From positions 1 through 39,855 of the forward strand of contig DATDXA010000062.1 in the NCBI GenBank assembly GCA_035289485.1: a stretch of 39,855 nucleotides of DNA. The letters are read 5' to 3'. Positions 25,477-35,463 of the stretch are shown here, one piece after another. The stretch is from an archaeon (GTDB lineage: Archaea > Iainarchaeota > Iainarchaeia > Iainarchaeales > Iainarchaeaceae). The notes beneath the pieces are model-generated. The model was not told where the DNA came from. It ran no database searches and saw nothing but the letters and a program-made list of their open reading frames with translations. How positions within the stretch are numbered: the first letter of the stretch is position 1; each line of letters starts with the position of its first letter. The position numbers were made by a program, and so were the translations under genes.

Positions 25477-25602
25477 TTACCTTTTCTTTTTTTTCTTCGA
25501 TTTTTTCTTTGAAGGCCTCTGCTTTTTTGCCGCCTTCTCAAGCTTTAGGCCGAGCCTTTCAAGGACTTTGCCTATATGCCCTAAATTCAGATTTGATGCC
25601 AT
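25477..25602 (-). CDS. Basic microprotein (41 aa) with poly-Lys tail
   Basis: MASNLNLGHIGKVLERLGLKLEKAAKKQRPSKKKSKKKKKR after SD GAGGTGA. Confidence 0.6.
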   Translation of the reverse strand: MASNLNLGHIGKVLERLGLKLEKAAKKQRPSKKKSKKKKKR

Positions 25603-25697
25603 TTTTTTCACCTCACAAAAAAGATTTCTTTGACCTAGTAGAGAAATTAACCCGTATTTAAGGCTAATGTTTTAATTCTCTGAAGCGTATTTAGGTT

Positions 25698-26318
25698 ATG
25701 GCGCCAAGAAGGGGAATTATACAGGGGCTTCTTTTTAGGGGAATGCGGGGTGGCGGAGTGCAGGTGCCCCGCGGAATGCAGCACGGGGGCGCGCAGCCGC
25801 ATCATGGGATGCAGCATGGCGGAGTACAGGTTCCGCACGGGATGCAAAATATTAACGAAATTTCTGCAAGAATGAAAAGCATGATTGAGCACATGCCCGG
25901 GGAGATGCGCCAGCACTATAGCAACCCGCACAATTACAAGCAGAATCCCGGGACTGCGCCCATGCGAGATAGGGCGCAGATGGCACACATCGGAGAGGAA
26001 ATAAAAGAAATGCAAAAGCTCATGAATTCAAGGCCGATGAATGTCCACTCGCAGCAGGAAATAATGCTGATAAACGAGCACAGAATGAGGCTTTTGCAGG
26101 CGCTTGCGCAGGGCGAGATTAGCAGCCTGCAGGGGTATCAGAGAATAGTTATGATGGAGCTTATGCAAATGGGCTCGCCCCCTCAAATAGCTCAAATTGA
26201 GGCCAAAAAGGTTGTAGAGGCGCTGCGCAGGACATTTTCCCCGCAGGCCAAAACAGCCATTGAAAAGCACTTCAAAAACTTCGAAATTATAGCCCGCGGC
26301 GGGGACCCGCACGATTAG
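25698..26318 (+). CDS. Hypothetical Met/Gln/His-rich protein with 11-aa repeats
   Basis: 3x GG(V/A)Q..(R/H)GMQ(H/N) at 25752-25850; helical C-terminal region. Confidence 0.65.
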   Translation: MAPRRGIIQGLLFRGMRGGGVQVPRGMQHGGAQPHHGMQHGGVQVPHGMQNINEISARMKSMIEHMPGEMRQHYSNPHNYKQNPGTAPMRDRAQMAHIGEEIKEMQKLMNSRPMNVHSQQEIMLINEHRMRLLQALAQGEISSLQGYQRIVMMELMQMGSPPQIAQIEAKKVVEALRRTFSPQAKTAIEKHFKNFEIIARGGDPHD

Positions 26319-26435
26319 GCCCAAAACGCGACCCAAATGGTTTTTAAAGGATTGCAAGGAAAACTAATAGAGCAATTAAACGGCTTTTAATAAGGTATTT
26401 TGCCGAATTTTGCGTTTTTACACAAAGTGGTTTTT

Positions 26436-27182
26436 ATGGGTTTAAGACCGGGTCACTGTTATAGGACAACCAAGGACAGGCCATATACTAGGCATGCCGT
26501 TACTGTGCACAGCAAGAACTACATTGGAGCGGTTCCCGGGCTTAAAACAAGGCAGTGGAACATGGGAGAGGGCGCAAAGCCGTTTGACACTGTTGTTGAT
26601 GTTATGATTGAGTGCAGCCCGAACGGGATGCAGATTAGGGACAATGCAATCGAGAGCGCAAGGCTAATGATTAACAGGGCGCTTATAAAAAAAGTCGGCA
26701 AGGAATCATTCTTCTTAAAACTTAGAATTTACCCGCATCACATCCTGCGCGAAAACAAGCAGGCACAGGGAGCGCACGCGGACCGTATACAAAAGGGAAT
26801 GAGCCACGCCTTTGGAAAAACCATTGGAAGGGCGGCAAGGGTACGCAACGGGCAGATTATTTTTTCAGCACTAGTCTTTGAAGCGGATGCGGAGAAGGCA
26901 GTTACGGCAATGAAGCTTGGAAAGTCAAGGTTTCCATGCGCAATACACACTAATGTTCACAAAGATGTTGCAAGCATTGGAACAAAGCCAAAGAAGACAA
27001 GGGACCTAATCAAGGAAGAGGAAGAGGCAAAGAAGGCAGCGGAAGGCGCAATTGTCGCGGAAGCCGGAAAGGAAGGCGCTCCGGCGGCAGGCGCAGCGCC
27101 AGCAGCAGGCGCAAAGGCCGAAGCCGGCAAGGGCGGGGCAAAGCCGGATGCAAAAGATGCAAAGAAAGACGCAAAGAAGTAA
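26436..27182 (+). CDS. rpl10e: 50S ribosomal protein uL16 (L10e) with long Ala/Lys/Gly C-terminal extension
   Basis: MGLRPGHCYR...RPYTR, QIRDNAIESAR, YPHHILRENK...GAHADRIQKGMSHAFGK. Confidence 0.95.
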   Translation: MGLRPGHCYRTTKDRPYTRHAVTVHSKNYIGAVPGLKTRQWNMGEGAKPFDTVVDVMIECSPNGMQIRDNAIESARLMINRALIKKVGKESFFLKLRIYPHHILRENKQAQGAHADRIQKGMSHAFGKTIGRAARVRNGQIIFSALVFEADAEKAVTAMKLGKSRFPCAIHTNVHKDVASIGTKPKKTRDLIKEEEEAKKAAEGAIVAEAGKEGAPAAGAAPAAGAKAEAGKGGAKPDAKDAKKDAKK

Positions 27183-27242
27183 TTCTATTGGGTTAAGCCC
27201 AATCCATACCAAATTAACCTTTTCTTCCAAAACTATTCTCTT

Positions 27243-28253
27243 ATGCCTGAATTAATTGTTGACCTCACAGAGGCAAAAAAATTCCTCGCAGCAAAAGTAT
27301 CCAAGTGTGCAATTGTACAAATACCAGAAGGGCTAAAGGATAGGACCACTTGGATTATTGATGAGCTAAAGGGCAGCTCTGAAAATATTTTTGTTAAAAT
27401 GGACCCGTGCTACGGCGCGTGCGATTTGCCGCTCAATGACATGAAAGCGCTTGATGCGGATTCGGTAATACATATAGGGCACGGCCCGATACACAGAAAC
27501 AAGGACATTTTATACATCACATGCTATTACAATCTCACGCGCGAAGAAATTGAGCAAAATGCGAAAAGGCTTCTAAAGGAGCTGCAGAAACGTAATGTGA
27601 ACTCAATTGCGCTCATTGCAAACGCGCAGTACAACCATGTGCTCCCTGAACTTAAGCAGATACTTTTCCGTGAAGGCATAACTTCGCACATTGGAACTGG
27701 GACTTCTCGGATTGCAACGCAGGGGCAGGTGCTTGGGTGCAACTACACGGTTGTGGAATCGATTCAGCCCACAGTGGATGCAAATGTGTATTTGGGAGAT
27801 GGGTATTTCCACCCGCAGGGGCTAGTGTTTAGCACCAAAAAGCCGGTGATTGTTGTAAATCCGCTGCACGGAACCGTGGAGGAAATCGGCGAGAAGAACC
27901 GTGACAGGTTCATGCGCAAAAGATTTGCGGCAATCGCAAAAGCGAGTGAAGCTAAAAGCTTCGGGCTCATTGTTTCGGTAAAAAGCGGGCAGAGGCAGAA
28001 GGAGAAGGCGCTTGAACTAAAGAAAGCGATTGAGAGAAAAGGGCTCAAGGCATATTTACTGGAAATGGATTTGGTGAATGAATCCTACATGATGGGAGTG
28101 AAAGTGGATTGCCTTGTGAATACCGCGTGCAACCGCATTGTCCTAGATGATGCTGAAAACTGGAAAAGGTTAATTATAAATCCCACGGAGTGCCTCATTG
28201 CTATCGGAGAAAAGAAGTGGGAAGAATGGTCGCCGGATGAATTTTTGCACTGA
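27243..28253 (+). CDS. dph2: Diphthamide biosynthesis radical-SAM protein Dph2
   Basis: QIPEGLK, PCYGACD, GQVLGC, GDGYFHP, NTACNR (three Fe-S Cys). Confidence 0.93.
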   Translation: MPELIVDLTEAKKFLAAKVSKCAIVQIPEGLKDRTTWIIDELKGSSENIFVKMDPCYGACDLPLNDMKALDADSVIHIGHGPIHRNKDILYITCYYNLTREEIEQNAKRLLKELQKRNVNSIALIANAQYNHVLPELKQILFREGITSHIGTGTSRIATQGQVLGCNYTVVESIQPTVDANVYLGDGYFHPQGLVFSTKKPVIVVNPLHGTVEEIGEKNRDRFMRKRFAAIAKASEAKSFGLIVSVKSGQRQKEKALELKKAIERKGLKAYLLEMDLVNESYMMGVKVDCLVNTACNRIVLDDAENWKRLIINPTECLIAIGEKKWEEWSPDEFLH

Positions 28254-28262
28254 GGATTTCAA

Positions 28263-28514
28263 ATGCCAAGAATTAGCAAAAAGCCAATCGGAGCGCTGGC
28301 ACGAGCACACCCTAAATTTGGAAGACCCCTAACCGGATTGAGGGTACCGGGAGCTACTATAGAACACAAAAGGGTGAAGTATACATTGTCAAATGGGAAA
28401 ATATTTGTATTCCACAGAGGGCAATTCTTCGAGATCCCTAAAATGCCAAGACTAGAATTTGAAGATATAAAATTGAGATTAAACTTAAGAGCCAAGGAAA
28501 TGGGCATTGAATAA
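28263..28514 (+). CDS. Hypothetical basic 83-aa protein
   Basis: Fills the gap between dph2 and pyrH; GAGG upstream; no recognisable family. Confidence 0.5.
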   Translation: MPRISKKPIGALARAHPKFGRPLTGLRVPGATIEHKRVKYTLSNGKIFVFHRGQFFEIPKMPRLEFEDIKLRLNLRAKEMGIE

Positions 28515-28516
28515 TT

Positions 28517-29452
28517 TCAGAAATCAATCTGATACGGATTTGGCGCCGCATATTTCCCCGATTTTTTCGGCTTTTTGCGCGTCTTCTTTTGCGGAACATC
28601 CACATTGATTTTGCCCATATCCTCTGTAAAGGTCGGCTCCTCAATTACTTCCCCTTCGATTTCGCGGATAGTTGTTCCGGTAAATGAATACCCGTTCACG
28701 TAATTTGAGAAATTGCTAAGGTCGTTGCCATTCAGTACAACCCCTGGAATTCTGCTGCGCTGCAAAATCATGCACGCGGCAAGATCCAGCACGACATTTT
28801 GCCCAGGGGTTGAACCCGCGGCAACAATTAATGAAACAAGCTTTTTGTATCCGATTTCATCGAACCTCTTTGCGGCTGGGTTTTCATTTGGGTTTGAATC
28901 ATAAATGCCGTCTACATTGGTGAGGTTTACAAACGCCCCGTTGAGGTGCTCGGCAAGCAGCGCGGCAACCGAATCGGTTGTGAAAAACGGCATGAGCCCG
29001 CCAAAAACAGGAATTTTTCCTGAATCAAGGATTGGGCGAGCGCGGGAGAAATCAGTTAGAATTTCCTTGTGCGCGTTTGGAATCGCGTTTGCAACGAGAA
29101 GTGCGTTCACGCGCGTGATTTGAATTCCCAAAATATCAAGGTCGAAGTTGTTTTGCGTAAAAGAGCGCGCAGCTTCTACATAAGAACGGGCGCTCCGCCC
29201 TCCGCCAACCACTAGTACAATCCGCTTCCCTGCAGAGTGAAGCGAGGAAATAGAGTCCGCAATCGCGCGGATTTTTTCAGCGTTAGGGCCGCTCTCATCA
29301 ATTATGAGGCTGCCGCCGATTGAAACAACATACACATCAGAAGCTGGAGCGCCCGAATATGTGGGCGAAGGAGCCTGCTGCGTTGCTGTGCGGTTTCGCA
29401 TGTGCTCATCAGCAGTGTATTCCTCGTTTACAACATTGAAGATGTCGAACAT
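28517..29452 (-). CDS. pyrH: Uridylate kinase with N- and C-terminal extensions
   Basis: VVSIGGS, VVGGGRSARSY, D.LGIQITRVNA, TTDSVAALLAE, TNVDGIYD.NP, GTTI; start uncertain. Confidence 0.92.
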   Translation of the reverse strand: MFDIFNVVNEEYTADEHMRNRTATQQAPSPTYSGAPASDVYVVSIGGSLIIDESGPNAEKIRAIADSISSLHSAGKRIVLVVGGGRSARSYVEAARSFTQNNFDLDILGIQITRVNALLVANAIPNAHKEILTDFSRARPILDSGKIPVFGGLMPFFTTDSVAALLAEHLNGAFVNLTNVDGIYDSNPNENPAAKRFDEIGYKKLVSLIVAAGSTPGQNVVLDLAACMILQRSRIPGVVLNGNDLSNFSNYVNGYSFTGTTIREIEGEVIEEPTFTEDMGKINVDVPQKKTRKKPKKSGKYAAPNPYQIDF

Positions 29453-29522
29453 AAATCCTACAGAATATGCACAGCCCGAATTTAAGGGTTTCGAATTCCT
29501 GTTTTGGGAGGCGAATAAGCAA

Positions 29523-30269
29523 TCATGCACCGAACTTGAGGAGCATCTCGAAATTGTTCTTGAACGATTCTGCGATTTCTCTTGACTTTATTCGTATGAT
29601 GAAGTAGGGGTCTGTGAATATTGTTATGAAAACAAGATCTGCGGCGACATTCCATGTCACGGGGGAAAACTTGAGCCCGTTGAAAAAACTATAATTGACG
29701 GTGCCCCTGAATTTTTTGTATTTGGAAGCCCGAAGCCTTGCCTGCTTGGTATCGGGAAGCATTATGAACGCCTTAATCCCGTGCTTTTTGTACTGCGCAT
29801 ACCACTTTTCAAGATTCATCGCAAAGGGCCGTCGCTCAATAAACGAGTACGCCGATGGCATGTACACGTAAATTTTTCCGCCGTTTTTTAGCCGACCTAT
29901 AATCTCTTCGAATTGCGCTTTTTTTGCGTTTGGGCCGCGGAGCAATGTCACCTCATCACCAGATCTTTTTCCCTCAAATTCCTTTAGCAGCAATGGGAGA
30001 ATGGAATCTATTGCGGCGGTTTTCTCTTCTAGAATTTGCCTAAACCTCTGCGGGTTTTCGCAGCGAAACATGCGAACCTTACCCTCCAACATATAACTCA
30101 CAACTCCTTTAGCAACAAGGCTGTTTAGCACATCATAGACATTGATCCTGTGCACCCCTGCTTCCTGCGCAAGTGTTGCGGAGTTGGCACTGCCAAGGCG
30201 CAAGAGGGCGAAGTAGACTTTGGATTCGTTTTTTGTGAGGCCAAATTCCTCAAGAGCAGAGGCGTTCAT
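29523..30269 (-). CDS. TrmB family transcriptional regulator
   Basis: LEEFGLTKNESKVYFALLRLG...HRINVYDVLNSLVAKGVV wHTH, C-terminal effector domain. Confidence 0.88.
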   Translation of the reverse strand: MNASALEEFGLTKNESKVYFALLRLGSANSATLAQEAGVHRINVYDVLNSLVAKGVVSYMLEGKVRMFRCENPQRFRQILEEKTAAIDSILPLLLKEFEGKRSGDEVTLLRGPNAKKAQFEEIIGRLKNGGKIYVYMPSAYSFIERRPFAMNLEKWYAQYKKHGIKAFIMLPDTKQARLRASKYKKFRGTVNYSFFNGLKFSPVTWNVAADLVFITIFTDPYFIIRIKSREIAESFKNNFEMLLKFGA

Positions 30270-30311
30270 GCAATGAAGGTGCTGCAAAAGAAATATAATA
30301 TATTAACAAGT

Positions 30312-30328
30312 GTAGTAACTCATACTAC
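30312..30328. promoter_or_regulatory. Candidate TrmB-type operator in a divergent promoter
   Basis: GTAGTA-ACTCA-TACTAC palindrome between trmB and the divergent membrane gene. Confidence 0.4.
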
Positions 30329-30365
30329 TAACTAAGCATAATACGCCAGGTTGTCGCCATTCAAT

Positions 30366-30713
30366 ATGGGGCTGTATTATCTAATTCCGCAGATATCCGC
30401 ATTTCTTATTGGCGCCGCATTTGTAATGTTTTTTACAACAATGATGAAAAACAAATATGCGAGCCTGCCGCGCGCAGCCATGTTCTCATTTTCAAGGATT
30501 CTCTGGCTCTATCTGATTAGCAGTTTGCTCGGGTTTTACGAATACTGGATTGTCCTGCTCTATGCGGGATATTATTTCATATTCCTGAAAATATACCACA
30601 CATCATATCTGGCGGCGCTGCGCTTTCTCTTTTTCAGCACAGTATTCGGCATCTCGATGCGCATACTTGTCTCGCCAGGCCTTCAGGATACGCTTGCAGA
30701 ATACATATACTAA
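30366..30713 (+). CDS. Hypothetical 4-TM membrane protein
   Basis: Hydrophobic ORF divergent from trmB. Confidence 0.65.
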   Translation: MGLYYLIPQISAFLIGAAFVMFFTTMMKNKYASLPRAAMFSFSRILWLYLISSLLGFYEYWIVLLYAGYYFIFLKIYHTSYLAALRFLFFSTVFGISMRILVSPGLQDTLAEYIY

Positions 30714-30830
30714 GGCAAACGCGGAAATAAGTAGTATTTTAAGCCGTTTAGGGCAAGAATGAGTATTATGCCAATAGAAAGCAATTTAGCGGCTTGACTT
30801 AAATTTACGCTCATTTTCTTAGTGATACAC

Positions 30831-32063
30831 ATGGCTTCTGGTGACGAGTCCGTTCAGGGAGAGGAAGTAATCTTCAAAAAAAAGCTCAAAAAGCTTGAGC
30901 AGTACCGCGGGCGCGGAACAGAACTCATCAGTGTTTACATCCCGCACGATGCTGACCGCTCAGGGGTGATGGGGCAGCTCTCTGAAGAAGTTAGCCAAAG
31001 TTCAAACATCAAAAGCCCGACCACGCGCAAAAACGTGGGCGGCGCTTTGCGAAAAATCCTTAGCTTTCTAAAGCAGATAGACTTCAAAATCCCGCTCAAT
31101 GGAATAGTAGTGTTCGCAGGAAACATTTCAGAAGTCGAAGGGCGAACAGATATCAGGCTTTTTACTGTAAAGCCGATTAAGGAATTGCGCACGAAAAGGT
31201 ACTGGTGCGACTCAACTTTCCACCTAGAGCCCCTTAAGGAAATGGTAAAGCCAAGCAACGCATACGGCCTAATCACAATCGATAAGAGCGAGGCAACCAT
31301 TGCAATACTTGTAGGAAAGCACTACGATATTTTGGGGCATTTCACTTCAGGGGTTGCGGGGAAAATGCGTGCGGGGGGGCAATCCGCAGCTCGCTTTGAG
31401 CGCTTGCGCGAGGAAGCTGAGCAGGAATTTTACAAAAGGATTAGCGGCAAAGTGAACACCGCATTTTTGCCATACGGAGAAAAGCTGCAGGGGCTAATTG
31501 TTGGCGGCCCTGGAATGACCAAGACTTTTTTCCTTGAAAAGGACCTTATAGATTACAGGATGAAAGACAAGGTGCTCGCGACAATAGATACGGGCTACAC
31601 GGATGAATCCGGAATACGCGAACTTGTGCAAAAGTCCGAAACTGTTCTCAAAGACACAGACCTTATGAAAGAGAAGGCAATAATGTCAAAGTTTTTTGAG
31701 CAGCTTGCAAAGGACGCTCTTGCAACTTACGGGGAGAAGGAAGTAATGAAGGCGCTCGAGCTCGGGCAGGTTGAAAAAATCCTTGTAAGCGAAGCGATTG
31801 AGTGGTATGTGTACCATGTGAAGAAAAAAGCGGGCGGCGAGGAGCGATACATTATCGATAAGGCAAACACTTTTGATGAAAATGAATTCAAGGGCGAGGA
31901 CCAGATAGAAATCGTAGAGGAACTCGAATTCATTGATTACATCATTGAAAAGGCGGCGAGCACATCCGCAAAGGTTGAAATCGTCTCGGTTGAAACCCCC
32001 GAAGGAGAGCAATTCTTCAAGGGATTCGGAGGCCTTGGCGCGATGCTGAGGTATAAGATTTAG
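30831..32063 (+). CDS. prf1: Peptide chain release factor aRF1
   Basis: GRGTELIS, NIKS, YWCDSTF, GGQSAARFER, FGGLGAMLRY. Confidence 0.97.
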   Translation: MASGDESVQGEEVIFKKKLKKLEQYRGRGTELISVYIPHDADRSGVMGQLSEEVSQSSNIKSPTTRKNVGGALRKILSFLKQIDFKIPLNGIVVFAGNISEVEGRTDIRLFTVKPIKELRTKRYWCDSTFHLEPLKEMVKPSNAYGLITIDKSEATIAILVGKHYDILGHFTSGVAGKMRAGGQSAARFERLREEAEQEFYKRISGKVNTAFLPYGEKLQGLIVGGPGMTKTFFLEKDLIDYRMKDKVLATIDTGYTDESGIRELVQKSETVLKDTDLMKEKAIMSKFFEQLAKDALATYGEKEVMKALELGQVEKILVSEAIEWYVYHVKKKAGGEERYIIDKANTFDENEFKGEDQIEIVEELEFIDYIIEKAASTSAKVEIVSVETPEGEQFFKGFGGLGAMLRYKI

Positions 32064-32102
32064 AGAAATTAAATAATGAATAAATATTTGAGGATTCTTT
32101 TT

Positions 32103-33356
32103 ATGACAGGAATAAAACATTACACCACAACCACCGAGGGGATTGGCGGAGAGATAAAGCGCAGGATTTCGGATTTTGTTGTCCGGGAAATTGCATTTGA
32201 CGGAAAGGTTTTGAAAAATACCGCATTCGGCGAGTGGGATAGCAAAAAAGAAGAGCCGCTCAACATTCCGCAGAATGATTCCGACCTCGAATATCTCCAT
32301 GTCACGCTTGAGAAATTCAACCTCGACACCAATGACGCGCTGCGAAGGGTCAGCAGGGCGCTCTATGTTTCCCCAAAAAGAATAGGGTACGCCGGAATGA
32401 AGGATCGCCGCGGGATTACTGCGCAGAGAATTTCAATCTGGCAGCCAGAAGTTGCAAAGCTCATGGCGTTTGATAGCAGGTATGTTTCTCTTAGCGAACC
32501 GGAGTGGAGCAATAAAAAAATAGAAATCGGGAATCTCACAGGAAACGAATTTGAAATTACTGTAAGGGAAATTACAATGGAGGAAGATGAGCTGCGCAAA
32601 ACAGCTGAGCAGTGCTTTTCACAAATGCTAAAAGACGGAGTTGCAAATTATTTCGGGGAGCAGCGCTTTGGTGGAAACCGCGAAATCACACACCGCGTGG
32701 GGAAGGAATTCATTTTGGGAAATATGGAAAAAGCCGTGATGCTCTATCTCACTTCGGCTTCGGAGGGCGAGGAAGAGGAAATCGCAGTTGCTAGAAAAAA
32801 CCTTAAAGAATCAGTGGATTTTGTGCGCGCCTCAAAAGAATTTCCATCCAAATTCAGATATGAGCGCGCAATCTTGCACCATTTGTGCAAGTACCCGCGA
32901 GATTTTGTAGGAGCGTTCCAAAACCTTCCGCGGCATTTGCAGTACATGTTCACGCACGCATACCAGAGCTACCTTTTCAATTTAACAATCAATGAAAGGA
33001 TTGAATGCGGAATTGGAATAAGCGCAGTTGAGGGCGATATTTTAGAGAATGGTGTTCCTACGGCGGCACTTCCGGGGTTTGATTCAAAGCTCGCGGATGG
33101 CAAGCCCGGAGAAATTGAAAAGGCCGTGCTCGATAAAGAGGGAGTTGCGCTTGTGGATTTTAAGGTGAAGGCTTTTCCAGAACTTAGCTGCAGCGGGGCG
33201 CGCAAAAAAATATCCCTCCGGCCTAAAAACCTGAAAATAATCGAAATCAGCAAAGACGAGTTAAATGAGGGGAAACTAAAGCTAAAAATCGCGTTTTCGC
33301 TTGAAAAGGGCGCATATGCAACCACAATACTGCGGGAGCTTATGAAATCGCCCTGA
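32103..33356 (+). CDS. truD: tRNA pseudouridine(13) synthase TruD/Pus7
   Basis: DFVVREI, YAGMKD...TAQ, GNEF.I, NYFGEQRFG, HAYQSYLFN, F.L.KGAYAT..LRE; alternative start 32076. Confidence 0.95.
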   Translation: MTGIKHYTTTTEGIGGEIKRRISDFVVREIAFDGKVLKNTAFGEWDSKKEEPLNIPQNDSDLEYLHVTLEKFNLDTNDALRRVSRALYVSPKRIGYAGMKDRRGITAQRISIWQPEVAKLMAFDSRYVSLSEPEWSNKKIEIGNLTGNEFEITVREITMEEDELRKTAEQCFSQMLKDGVANYFGEQRFGGNREITHRVGKEFILGNMEKAVMLYLTSASEGEEEEIAVARKNLKESVDFVRASKEFPSKFRYERAILHHLCKYPRDFVGAFQNLPRHLQYMFTHAYQSYLFNLTINERIECGIGISAVEGDILENGVPTAALPGFDSKLADGKPGEIEKAVLDKEGVALVDFKVKAFPELSCSGARKKISLRPKNLKIIEISKDELNEGKLKLKIAFSLEKGAYATTILRELMKSP

Positions 33357-33474
33357 AGCGCCTTGGAAGAGGGCGTGATAGCAAAAAAATGAGCATGGCA
33401 CCCTGAAAATAGGGCTTTTCAGAGGCAAAAATGAATAGAATGGGCATTTAGAGGCCTATAATGAGCTTTTTGCC

Positions 33475-34113
33475 CTATTGGCAGCCAAGCTCGGATTTGA
33501 GGGTGCTTTCGGAAACTAGCGAATCATGCTTTCCGGAATTAAAGAAAAGCGAGGGATATTTTTGTATCCCGTATTTCTGCTTGAGAAGATAGATTACTGG
33601 AATTTCAAGATCTCCTGGGAATGCAAATACCCTTACATCGCGGCACTGCGCAGTAACCGAATCCAATATGGCGGCCTGAGAGGCGCACTCCGCACAGTAA
33701 TACTTGTCCGGGTAAAAATAAACAACCGGCTTTAGGTCAGCTGAGCCGCAGTCCTTGGCAGCGCGCGTGACAAGCAAATACAGCTCAACGTTCTGGAGCA
33801 AGAACCTGCGCTTGAGTAGGCCCGTGTCAGGAAAGAGCCTGTTCTTTTCCGCCTGCTCGATTTCAGAGAGGATTTTTGATGCCTGGCTTTTTTGAGAATC
33901 TATGTGCGCGAGAATTACAGGGCACACATCATCTCCGGAAAAAACGGATTCATAAAGAAAGAGCTGCTGCGAAGCCTGCAAATCCAGGTCGCGCTCTTCT
34001 ATTGCGTTTGCAAGGGCGCCTGCGCGCGAATCATCAAGGTAGTTGATTGCAACTAGCCCGATGCCAAGTATCACAATCGTCAGCGCCAAGGCCTTGATGT
34101 ATTTGCTCACCAT
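33475..34113 (-). CDS. Membrane-anchored protein with thioredoxin-like CxxC domain
   Basis: N-terminal TM, helical region, VVYFY...CAEC..QA..LD...KYGIQKYPSL; start overlaps the GT2 stop. Confidence 0.7.
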   Translation of the reverse strand: MVSKYIKALALTIVILGIGLVAINYLDDSRAGALANAIEERDLDLQASQQLFLYESVFSGDDVCPVILAHIDSQKSQASKILSEIEQAEKNRLFPDTGLLKRRFLLQNVELYLLVTRAAKDCGSADLKPVVYFYPDKYYCAECASQAAILDSVTAQCRDVRVFAFPGDLEIPVIYLLKQKYGIQKYPSLFFNSGKHDSLVSESTLKSELGCQ

Positions 34114-35393
34114 GTATAATCACTGCTATTGATTTCCTTAAAAAAGCTTGTGAAGTAGACAAATGAAATGAAAAAGCCGTAAACAAACATATAGAAAATA
34201 ATTTCGGGCAGTTTCCACACGGAGAGGCGGTCCTTTACGAAATTATGGCTAACATACACAAGGAACGAATAGAGCACTATCGTGAAAAAATAGAAGTAAA
34301 TGCTTGAGTGCAGGCTAAAGCCTGTTGGAAGGGCGCCAAGGATATTTCCGCCAGCGCCAGCCCATGAAGCGACAAAGCCGAAATAATTGAAAACGTTCTC
34401 AAGGTTTGCAGAAACAGTGACTGCAATCAGAAGTATTGCAAGGCCATCAGCGACAAGGGAGAATGGAAAGCTGAACATCCCGAACTCGCCGTACTTTGGG
34501 TTAAATACCATTGAGGCGTATTTGCGCGTGTTCACAAACTTTCCCCTGTACCATCTCGTGCGCTGCCGGAACCAGTGAGTGAGATTGTTCGGGACCACAG
34601 TGTAAATTACGGATTCGGGCGAGGATGCGATGCGGTAGTGATTGTACTGCAGGCGCATTGCAATCTCCATATCTTCAGTGATATTGGTTACATCAAAATA
34701 GCCGATTTTTTTCAGCACATCCTTTCGAAAAACGCTCATGGGGCCGGGGGTCACCATAATCCCATTGATATCAGCAAGAACGCTTTGAAAAAACCCGAAG
34801 GAAATGAGATATTCTATTTCCTGTATTTTTTCAACAAAGCCCCGCGGCTTGTAAGAGCGAACAAGCCCTGTTACCGCCCCCACATCCGGCGAATCAAAGC
34901 GCGCAACCATTTTCATCAGGGCGCCCTTTTCTGGAAATGTGTCGGAATCTATCGCTGCAATCAATTCGCCTTTTGCGATTTTGATTCCATCATTTAGCCC
35001 TTTTGCCTTTCCCTCATTCTTTTTTTTGGCAATTACTTTTATGCCGCTTATTTTTGAGAGGATTTTTTTGGAAGAATCCGAGCTGCCATCATCAATTACA
35101 ATTATTTCCTTGCGCGAAGGGTACTCCATTTGCCTGATTGAATCTATGCACTTTGCAAGGGTCTTCTCGCCGTTGAAATTCGGGACCACAACGGAAATCG
35201 TTGGCCAGCTCTTGGGCACAGGCGCCCTTTTGTGGCGGTATTCGATATATGCAAAAATGAAAACGCAGTTGATGTAAATCAGCACGATGTTGAAGAAAAC
35301 TATTATCCAGTAAACGGAAAAGACCTTGACAATCAAAAAGAGCCCGGCTATCAGAAGCATGAAGGCGATGATTGTGCGCGGCTTTATACCCAT
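34107..35393 (-). CDS. Processive GT2 glycosyltransferase (PgaC/IcaA/cellulose synthase-like)
   Basis: DDGS, GKA..LN, DSD, TPGP, TED, QRTRW, N- and C-terminal TM helices. Confidence 0.88.
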   Translation of the reverse strand: MGIKPRTIIAFMLLIAGLFLIVKVFSVYWIIVFFNIVLIYINCVFIFAYIEYRHKRAPVPKSWPTISVVVPNFNGEKTLAKCIDSIRQMEYPSRKEIIVIDDGSSDSSKKILSKISGIKVIAKKKNEGKAKGLNDGIKIAKGELIAAIDSDTFPEKGALMKMVARFDSPDVGAVTGLVRSYKPRGFVEKIQEIEYLISFGFFQSVLADINGIMVTPGPMSVFRKDVLKKIGYFDVTNITEDMEIAMRLQYNHYRIASSPESVIYTVVPNNLTHWFRQRTRWYRGKFVNTRKYASMVFNPKYGEFGMFSFPFSLVADGLAILLIAVTVSANLENVFNYFGFVASWAGAGGNILGALPTGFSLHSSIYFYFFTIVLYSFLVYVSHNFVKDRLSVWKLPEIIFYMFVYGFFISFVYFTSFFKEINSSDYTW

Positions 35394-35463
35394 CCAAGAA
35401 TATGGATTCGGGAAAATTAAAAACAGTAGCCTTTGGAGTATTAGGCGGGAATTGGGCGGATTA

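Noticed and set aside
28259..28507. Minus-strand alternative to the 28263-28514 ORF
   Set aside because: The plus-strand ORF follows dph2 with a GAGG motif and fits the gap; the minus ORF has no supporting signal, though neither is proven.
30831..32063. Altered genetic code signalled by aRF1 changes
   Set aside because: NIKS, YxCxxxF and GGQ motifs are intact, and TAA, TAG and TGA all terminate conserved genes at expected lengths.
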